The translations under genes were made by a program, and so were the position numbers. Below the pieces are notes generated by a model. It did not search any database. It had not been told where the DNA came from and worked only from the letters and a program-made list of their open reading frames with translations. This document shows, one piece after another, positions 57,251 through 64,000 of a DNA stretch of 64,000 nucleotides (within the stretch, counting starts at the first letter, position 1; each line of letters begins with the position of its first letter). The stretch comes from Candidatus Latescibacterota bacterium. GTDB lineage: Bacteria > Latescibacterota > UBA2968 > UBA8231. The stretch covers positions 3,040,001 through 3,104,000 of the forward strand of contig OZ252098.1 in assembly GCA_965248355.1 (NCBI GenBank). The letters are read 5' to 3'.

Positions 57251-59485
57251 TCATTCCATGGGGTCGGTGGCATAGTGCATGGAGAGCCCGTACGAGCGGC
57301 CCGGCAGCGGGTAGCCCCACAGATCGGCCACCTGGTCATCGGTCAGGTTGCGCAGCTCCCACGAAAGGGAGAGACCCGCCGCCAGCGGCACGCTGCCGCC
57401 GAGGTTGCAGAGGGTGCGGACGGGCACGGCCCGCAGGTTGGCGCGGTCGAGGAAGTGGCGGCTCTCGCGGCTGACCTCGCCGTAGAGCCCGGCGCCGCCC
57501 AGGTCGACGGAGGCGCGCCCGTGGAGGCGGTGGCGCGGCGCGTTGGGCAGGTCGTTGCCTCGCTCGAAGGAGAAGGGCGTGCGGTTCTCGGGGCGCTGGT
57601 AGACGTAGCTGCCGCGGACCTCCAGGGCCGGCCACAACCGCGCCTGCACTCGCGTCTCGACGCCGCGCAGCAGGGCCCGCCCCAGGTTGTGGGGCCGCGA
57701 CACCTGCTGCGAGTTCTGCACGAAGCGGATGAGGTCCTCCACGCGGTTGCGGTAGTACACGGCCTCGGCCAGGGTCAGCCCCGCGCCATCGGTGCGGCGC
57801 CGGTAGACCAGGCCCAGGTCGCGGTTGCGCCCGCTTTCGCTGACGAGGCCGGTATTGCCGATCACGGCGCCGCGGTCGCCGAAGAGCTCGAAGAAGCTGG
57901 GTGCGCGCTCATAGCGGCCATCGTGGGCCTTGAGGGCCAGACCGCCGCCCAGGTCCAGGTTCCCCCCCATGCGCCAGCCCCACAGCAACTCGACGTTTTC
58001 CCGGCTCGGCAGCACGTCGCTGGGAGCGAAGTTCTTGCGGTCGAAGAAGCGGTCGTCCAGAGCCTCGGCCTGGGTGCCGGCATTGAGGGTCAGGCGCGGC
58101 CCCAGGGGCACCTCCACCTCGGTACCGGCGGCCAGGGCCCGGCGGCGGCTGCGCAGGAGCCGGCTGTCCGACCGCAGCAGGTCGTCCGGCGCGAAGCTCT
58201 CGCGCCGGGCGCCGGCGAAGGCGGTGACCAGGGAATTCCCCGGCAGCAGGGCATTCGCCTCGCCCCGCAGGCCCACGCTCCGCATGAGGTTGCGGTCGTG
58301 CTGGCGGCCCACGCCCACCTCGCCGCGCAGGTCCCTGTACTCGTCCTGCGTCAGGGAGTGGTGGGCCTGGAGGCGGTAGCCGGCTCGGTTGTGTCCCAGA
58401 GGGCCGAAGAGGGAGGCCTCGGCGATATGGCGCCAGGTGTCGTAGCGGGTGTGCAGGGACTGGTTGTTGCCGAGGCCGGGGATGCCCTTGCTGTCCAGGT
58501 CGAAGGTGTTGTGGATCTGCAGACGGCTGGCCCCCAGGTAGCGGCCGATCTTGGCCAGGCCGCGCAAACCGCGGAAGTCGCTGTTGAGCCGCCGCGCCCA
58601 GCCGTCGTCGCCGGCGTTGTACTCGGTGCCGTTGTCGTCGAGGAAGGGGAAGTCGTTGCGGCTGGTCCGGTAGTCGACCAGTCCGAGGTACTCCCAGCCC
58701 TTCCAGGGCCCGCCGACGGAGGCTCCCATCCGGCGGGTGCCGTAGGAGCCGCTGGCCGTGCGCAGCAGGGTGCGGACCTCGCTGCCGAGGGGCCGGGTGC
58801 GCAGGTGGACCACGCCGCCGAGGCTGTTGCCGCCGAAGCGCGCCGGCACCGCGCCCCGGTAGATCTCGACGCTCGCCAGGCCGCCCACGGGCAGGCCGCC
58901 CAGGTCGACGCCGCCGCCCACGGCCCGGTTGAGGGGCACCCCGTCGAGAAAGACCTGCACCTGCTCCGAGGTGGAGCCGCGGATGGAAAGGGTGCTGAAG
59001 CTGCCCAGCCCGCCGTAGCGGCGCACGTTGACGCCGGTGGCGCGGTCCAGGGTGCTGGCCAAGTCGGCGGCCGGGGAGCGTCCCGGGTCCAGGGAGATGG
59101 TCTCGACGAAGGCGGCCACCGGCTCGCCGCCGGGGTGGCGCCGGGCGCGGACGACCATCTCGTCCATGAGCAGGGGGAGAGGCTCCAGGCGCCACTCGAC
59201 CGACGAGAGGTCATCGCCCGTGAGCAGGCGGGCCTGCAGAGGGCGGTATCCCAGCCGTTGCACGCGCAGGTCCCAGGCGCCGGACGCCAGGTCCTGGAGG
59301 CGGAATGCGCCGGCCGAATCGCTGCGGGCTGAACGAACCGCCCCGGAGGCGGCGCGCAGGGTCAGCAAGGCGCCGGCCACGGGGCCCCCCGCGTCGCCGT
59401 CGAGGAGCCGGCCCTCCAGGACCCCGGCCAACAGAGGCGGGGGCTGGGTCAGCTGCAGGGCCAGCAGCAGGGACCACAAGGGCAT
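57251..59485 (-). CDS. btuB: TonB-dependent vitamin B12 receptor (BtuB-like) with N-terminal CarboxypepD-like domain
   Basis: Plug GVNVRRYGGLGSFSTLSIRGS...VFLDGVP...VEIYRG, RAPSFFELFG, NLTD...YPLPGRS; first gene behind a cobalamin riboswitch. Specificity inferred from context. Confidence 0.85.
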   Translation of the reverse strand: MPLWSLLLALQLTQPPPLLAGVLEGRLLDGDAGGPVAGALLTLRAASGAVRSARSDSAGAFRLQDLASGAWDLRVQRLGYRPLQARLLTGDDLSSVEWRLEPLPLLMDEMVVRARRHPGGEPVAAFVETISLDPGRSPAADLASTLDRATGVNVRRYGGLGSFSTLSIRGSTSEQVQVFLDGVPLNRAVGGGVDLGGLPVGGLASVEIYRGAVPARFGGNSLGGVVHLRTRPLGSEVRTLLRTASGSYGTRRMGASVGGPWKGWEYLGLVDYRTSRNDFPFLDDNGTEYNAGDDGWARRLNSDFRGLRGLAKIGRYLGASRLQIHNTFDLDSKGIPGLGNNQSLHTRYDTWRHIAEASLFGPLGHNRAGYRLQAHHSLTQDEYRDLRGEVGVGRQHDRNLMRSVGLRGEANALLPGNSLVTAFAGARRESFAPDDLLRSDSRLLRSRRRALAAGTEVEVPLGPRLTLNAGTQAEALDDRFFDRKNFAPSDVLPSRENVELLWGWRMGGNLDLGGGLALKAHDGRYERAPSFFELFGDRGAVIGNTGLVSESGRNRDLGLVYRRRTDGAGLTLAEAVYYRNRVEDLIRFVQNSQQVSRPHNLGRALLRGVETRVQARLWPALEVRGSYVYQRPENRTPFSFERGNDLPNAPRHRLHGRASVDLGGAGLYGEVSRESRHFLDRANLRAVPVRTLCNLGGSVPLAAGLSLSWELRNLTDDQVADLWGYPLPGRSYGLSMHYATDPME

Positions 59486-59486
59486 G

Positions 59487-59515
59487 AAAAAACCCGCCCT
59501 CGTTCGAGAGCGGGT
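59487..59515 (-). terminator. Intrinsic terminator / riboswitch expression platform
   Basis: Minus strand ACCCGCTCTC-GAAC-GAGGGCGGGT followed by a T run, directly before the btuB ATG. Confidence 0.8.
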
Positions 59516-59580
59516 CGGGGCGCCGTGTCCGGGCACCGGTGACCACCTTTCTGCCGAAGGAGTCGTTCACCTCGGTCGCA

Positions 59581-59762
59581 GGCAGGTCTCCTGACTTCCG
59601 GTGTGCGCCTTCCGGCTCCTTCCCGATCCGCGGGGGATCAGTGGCTGCTGCCGGGGACGCGACGGCGGTTGCGCCGTCTACCGGTCACAGTGGCGGGACC
59701 GCGGCAGATTTTCACTGCCTTCCCTATTCTTCCGCTGCCCGGGGAGGGCGGCGGACACCTGC
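59581..59762 (-). ncRNA. Cobalamin riboswitch
   Basis: Minus strand AGGTG...AATAGGGAAGGCAGTGAAAATCTGCCGCGGTCCCGCCACTGTGA...GCCACTG...GGGAAGG...AAGTCAGGAGACCTGCC (B12 box). Confidence 0.96.
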
Positions 59763-59780
59763 GCCGTAACGTCGGCGGGG

Positions 59781-59810
59781 AGTTTAAGAGTGGCGGGGCG
59801 GATCTGTCAA
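59781..59810 (-). promoter_or_regulatory. Sigma-70 promoter of the B12 operon
   Basis: Minus strand TTGACA-N18-TAAACT immediately upstream of the riboswitch. Confidence 0.7.
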
Positions 59811-60057
59811 GGCTCTCGATGGGGGACCACCACCAATCGCGAGATCGACTCGGACAGGCTTGGCCAAGCCGGCTCTCCGATGGCTCGCGGATCCTCAACC
59901 ACTGATGTACCATCAAGTGGAAGCCACATGGGCTGTATCCGAAGGTTATCGAGAAATCGTCTGCTGCCGGTGATTCCGAAACGGGTTCTTGACGTAGGTT
60001 GACGCTGCCCGTTCTCCCCGCTTGTGACAAGTTCCCTTGTCAGATGGAGACTATTGA

Positions 60058-61007
60058 ATGGATGACGAATTTGAGGAAATCGCGCACTCAGGCGGCAAGA
60101 TCACTTTCTGCATCAAGACTGATGCCGATCGGCGTCGCTCCTTCGAGATTGCCTATAGACATGTCCGTGCGGTTCAGAACGCTGTGACTGGGGTATATGC
60201 GCTACGGCAAGGAGTGCCCGTTGAGTCCATTCGATTCGGGGGCATTGGGCAGCCTTGGAACCTGGCGCCTCTCCCGGGCTGCTTTCCCGTGTTACTTGCA
60301 TCCGATAGCGAAGGGGAGTTCGGACATACTTGCCCAAGCTGCGAAGGATACTGGCGTAGCGGACCGTGGCCATGATAGTTGCGAAGTTGAGATAGACATG
60401 GACCAAGTCGCCGAAGCCGTGGCTAGACAAGGCGATAGGCCAGCATTCTACGTAGCAGAGCAAAGCCAGCAACGCAAGTTCAACTGTACAGCCTGTGGCG
60501 AGTTCAACGACATTCGCGGACGCTTTGGCTACTGTTCTGTTTGTGGGACTCGGAATGATTTGGACGAATTCCTGATCCAGGTCCGAAGCATCCGAGACCG
60601 CTTAAACACTGAGGAGGCGCCTCCTGAAGATTGCCTTCGAGACGCGGCTTCGGCCTTTGGCTCATTTGCCACACAGGTTGCGAAGCAGTTATTCGAACGT
60701 GTCCCGATGACCCCTCGTCGCCAAGGCCTCTTGGCAGGGATGGGATTCTACAACATCCGTGCGGCCGCCTCGAATCTGTGTAGTTGGCGACATCGACATC
60801 CGTGCGCGTATAGCGGAAGCCGAATGGAAGCATGTGGTCGTGAAGTTTCGTCGCCGGCGCGTCTATGAGCACCAAGGAGGCGAAGCGGACGAACGATACC
60901 TCAAGGAGAGCGGTGACACGACCGTCCGTTTGAGGCAGCGCATCCATGAGTCACGGGAAGGGATCCACAACCTACTGCCGATCAGGTCATTTCAAGATAG
61001 GCAGTAG
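60058..61007 (+). pseudogene. Fragmented Zn-ribbon + HEPN-like protein
   Basis: Three overlapping frames with CPSC, CTAC and CSVC pairs and a terminal RRVYEH (RxxxxH) GGEADERYL; GGAG RBS; lower GC. Confidence 0.6.
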
Positions 61008-61194
61008 GTGCGCAGCCAAAGGGAGGTAGCGCAGGGGGGTACCTGGCTACTGAGCTACTCTCGGTCCGCCATTTTGGGTCCAGATGCGAATCTCGGGGCG
61101 GCGGAGGCGATCGCTCTAATCCATGGCGCTGTAGGTAGAGTCCTGGGACGATCCTGCCCACTCTCTAGAGCGAAAGGGCCGGTGTCAGTGAGAG

Positions 61195-61380
61195 CATCAA
61201 GACCATCACTTTCTTTCGATTGCAGCCGTGGCAACCAGTCGGGATTTTCAACAGATGTCGACCGCCACGTGAAATGGGATTATATGATCGAAATGCAACT
61301 TCGTCGTCGGGCACGTTCTTACGGCAATCACGGTAGATTTGGCCATCCCAGCGGACCAGCTGCAGCAAAACCCGCGTCAC
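61195..61380 (-). pseudogene. Decayed HNH endonuclease fragment
   Basis: Across frameshifts reads DGQIYRDCRK..FDHIIP.SRGG.TSVEN...CHGCNRKK, a recognisable HNH/McrA pattern. Confidence 0.6.
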
Positions 61381-62411
61381 GAATCCTCCCCGCCGGTGAG
61401 CCACTCCAGATCCAGCCGGGCCAGCACCAGGCCCCGCTCCCCCTCGTAGAGACAGAGGATCACCCCGCCGGAGACCACCGCCAGATCTGAGTAGGCGGCG
61501 CTCCCTTCGGTGACCACCCGGTCCACCGGCCAGCTCCGGCACTCGTCGTAACTCAGGCGCAGGGTGAGACAGCGCCGCTCCCGCGGGTCGGAGGGATGGG
61601 CCACCAGGACGCGATTCACCCCGCCCGCGTCGTCCGCCCTCGACAGCCGCACCAGGCTGGCCTGGCAGGAGGGCTCCGGCTGCCCGGGGTCGTACTCGAC
61701 GTCGGTCCAGGTGTGGCCGCCGTCCCGGCTCCAGGCGAGGGCGCGCAAACACCGGCCGCCGCGGCTGCGGGCGTTCAGGTAGACGGCGCCGTCCGCCGTC
61801 TCCACGACGGCGCACTCGTCCGAGGCGTCCCGCGTCAGCATCTCGCCCCGTGTCCAGCTCTTCCCGTGGTCGTCGCTGTAGATGGCGTACGACGACTGGA
61901 CCTCTCCCCACGAGGGCCGGGGGCGCCAGCGCACGGGACCGGGGGACTCGTCGCACCAGGACGGCGCCAGCAGCCGGCCGCCGGCCAGCTGGATGCCGTG
62001 GCAGGGGCCCGTGCCGACGAAGGCCCAGGTGGGATCCTTGGTGGTGGCGGTGATCTCCCGCGGCTCGGACCAGCCGGCGCCGTCGTCGTCGCTGTACGTG
62101 CAGAACACGGCCTGGTTGTTCCTGCAGAACAGGAGCCACACCACGCCGGTCGTCTCGTCGACGATGGGGCAGGGGTTGCCGCAGGTCTGGCTGCCGTCGC
62201 TGACGGCGACGCGCGGCGGGTCCCAGGTGAGGCCGTTGTCGCGGCTGCGGCGCACCAGGATGTCGATCTCGTCGTGGTCGGCGCCGGTGTGGCGGCGGCC
62301 CTCGCAGAAGGCGAGGACGGTGCCGGCCGTGGTCGTGACCAGCGCCGGAATGCGGTAGACGAAGTAGCCGCCCGCCCGGTGGATCCACAGCTCGTCCTGA
62401 TGCAGGGGCAT
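61377..62411 (-). CDS. Exo-alpha-sialidase (GH33) family protein
   Basis: YRIP motif, FCEGR, Asp boxes SRDNGLTW, SDDDGAGW, SDDHGKSW, SRDGGHTW; SDEC, AYSDL, LYE. Confidence 0.92.
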   Translation of the reverse strand: MPLHQDELWIHRAGGYFVYRIPALVTTTAGTVLAFCEGRRHTGADHDEIDILVRRSRDNGLTWDPPRVAVSDGSQTCGNPCPIVDETTGVVWLLFCRNNQAVFCTYSDDDGAGWSEPREITATTKDPTWAFVGTGPCHGIQLAGGRLLAPSWCDESPGPVRWRPRPSWGEVQSSYAIYSDDHGKSWTRGEMLTRDASDECAVVETADGAVYLNARSRGGRCLRALAWSRDGGHTWTDVEYDPGQPEPSCQASLVRLSRADDAGGVNRVLVAHPSDPRERRCLTLRLSYDECRSWPVDRVVTEGSAAYSDLAVVSGGVILCLYEGERGLVLARLDLEWLTGGEDS

Positions 62412-62427
62412 GACAGAACTCCGACGG

Positions 62428-64000
62428 TCAGAATCCAACTACAAGACTGAAACGCGCATCTCCTTCGTCCAACCGGTAGGCGTAGCGCACGCCCATGTTC
62501 AGCGGGATCGGCAGGGACATGGGGTGGAAATCAGTCGTCGACTCGGCGCCGGTGGACTGGTAGGTCCTCGGAGGCCGGGAACCGCCCTCGCCGCGGCCGT
62601 AGTCGTAGAACAAGCGGACCTTGAGGCGCTTGAAGAACACCAGGGCCCCCAGGTTCCAGTCCGGGTAGAACAGGGGCAACGCGTAGTTGACCGTCCCCTG
62701 GTAGAAGCGGCGGTGAAAGCGGTAATCGTAGCCGCGGACAAAGGGCTGTTCGCTTGCGAAGCGGTAGGAAAGGGCATCGGCCGCGCCTGGATCCTGCCAC
62801 TCGTAGCCACCCTCCAACTGCAGGCTGTGATGGGCGGCCAAGCCGGGCAAGTACAGCCCCAGCCGCCCGGACAGCAGGGTGCCGTGGTAGTCGCCGGCAA
62901 AGGGGGTGTGGCGATAGCTCAGCTCCAGGCTCTGACCCCGGACCGGGGCCAGGTCGCGTGCCGCCGAGCGGCGGGACCGCTCGAAGGCGAGCCGGTAGGT
63001 AAGCGGCGCAAAGCGTCCGTTGTGGTTTCTTGTCAGGACATCTCTTGCTTCCCGGTTGACGCTGTCTGAATCGGGCCAGTAGAGGTCGCCGCCGGGCCGG
63101 TGGAGGTCGTCCCTGCCGGCGATATCGGTCCATTCCGCCTTTGCGCTCAAATGGAGGGAAGACCACCAGGGGCCTCGGGAGAGATTCAGGGGCAGTCCGA
63201 CGCCGGCACTCAGGCTCTTCTCACTCCACCTGTCCGTCTCTTCTCTCTCCTTGACCTCGAGGCTGTCACCTTCCATCTCTCGCGTCCTGATCACGTACTC
63301 TTCGGCCCGCTCGCCCCAGCGCCCGCCGACGCTGAGAACGGGGTACCACGCGGCCAGGCTGAGATCGCCCAGGGCGCTGAGGGCGCTCTCGTTGCTGTTG
63401 TATTCGATCCCGCCGGTCATGGTGCTGAGGTTGAGCAGATCACTTGACCCGAGACGGAGGGCATAGTTCGGCGGCAAGGGACTGAGAGACCAGCTATGGA
63501 CCTTGAGCAGATGGTTCAGCGGCCGGTATCCGCTCACCGGATAGACCCTCCGCGGGATGTCCGCCAGTACGGGGCCGCCCTGCTCCTGGTCGATCAGCGG
63601 TTCGTAGTAGGCCACCTGGCGGTCGGCGACCTGCTCGATCGGCGTCCAGGCCGCCGGCTCCAGAGGCATGGCCGCGATGCGGTAGCCGTCAACGGTGTAC
63701 TCCTGGAACAGGAGCGAATCGCCGGCCGCCGCCGCGTGGGTAGCCGCCAGCGGCCGCGAGGTGACCTGGTACTGCGCCCCGCTCGGCAGGTGCACGGCGT
63801 GGATGTTGTCGATGCCCCCATGGGGTGAGTCGAACAACACATACGAACCCCAGAATACCGGCCAGCCGATATCGTCCTGTGTGTGGGGCAACACGATCTG
63901 CCCTCGACCATCGGCCGCGTCGATGCGCTCCAGCGCGTTGCCGTCTTCGTCCTGGCGCACCACGGCGATGTGGCGCCCGTCCTCCGACCACGCCGGTGTG
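62428..64000 (-). CDS. Outer-membrane protein: TolB/PD40 propeller + Omp85/BamA-like barrel (5' end outside the window)
   Basis: TPAWSEDGRHIA PD40-like repeat at the window edge; amphipathic beta strands, VRGY motif, terminal Phe. Confidence 0.7.
   Translation of the reverse strand, partial: TPAWSEDGRHIAVVRQDEDGNALERIDAADGRGQIVLPHTQDDIGWPVFWGSYVLFDSPHGGIDNIHAVHLPSGAQYQVTSRPLAATHAAAAGDSLLFQEYTVDGYRIAAMPLEPAAWTPIEQVADRQVAYYEPLIDQEQGGPVLADIPRRVYPVSGYRPLNHLLKVHSWSLSPLPPNYALRLGSSDLLNLSTMTGGIEYNSNESALSALGDLSLAAWYPVLSVGGRWGERAEEYVIRTREMEGDSLEVKEREETDRWSEKSLSAGVGLPLNLSRGPWWSSLHLSAKAEWTDIAGRDDLHRPGGDLYWPDSDSVNREARDVLTRNHNGRFAPLTYRLAFERSRRSAARDLAPVRGQSLELSYRHTPFAGDYHGTLLSGRLGLYLPGLAAHHSLQLEGGYEWQDPGAADALSYRFASEQPFVRGYDYRFHRRFYQGTVNYALPLFYPDWNLGALVFFKRLKVRLFYDYGRGEGGSRPPRTYQSTGAESTTDFHPMSLPIPLNMGVRYAYRLDEGDARFSLVVGF

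Noticed and set aside
59820..59880. Possible decayed copy of the sialidase 3' end bracketing the HEPN/HNH patch
   Set aside because: Similarity is too weak and gapped to distinguish from chance by eye.

Overview
High-GC bacterial chromosomal window. The gene content (five phytanoyl-CoA dioxygenase-family genes, a sulfatase, two sialidase-like propellers, an LDL-receptor YWTD-repeat protein, an ankyrin remnant and four secreted proteins ending in a 'PNPFN' FlgD/T9SS-type tail) suggests an FCB-superphylum, Latescibacterota/Poribacteria-like, possibly sponge-associated organism; this is inference only. The backbone holds hemL, msrAB, a LarA-like enzyme, sugar-acid catabolism genes, an ABC-2 exporter, two TonB-dependent receptors and a complete cobalamin-riboswitch-controlled B12 uptake/salvage operon. 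Small defence/toxin-type cassettes are inserted between backbone genes: a REase-NACHT gene split by an intact IS630, an AAA_21 ATPase + DUF4276 pair, a decayed AAA_14/DUF4143 gene, fitAB/vapBC, a Fic gene, and decayed Zn-ribbon/HEPN and HNH genes. Most notable observations: (i) two integrase-free cassettes are each bracketed by a 30-50 bp duplication of the neighbouring host gene terminus; (ii) the B12 operon encodes a BtuG-like propeller carrying a secretion tail instead of a lipid anchor; (iii) an ECF sigma factor is fused to a DUF1080 sugar-processing domain; (iv) a tandem PhyH enzyme lacks the carboxylate iron ligand; (v) there is an unexplained structured-RNA candidate between hemL and larA. 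No CRISPR array, rRNA or tRNA was seen. All family calls come from motif recognition by eye, not database searches.
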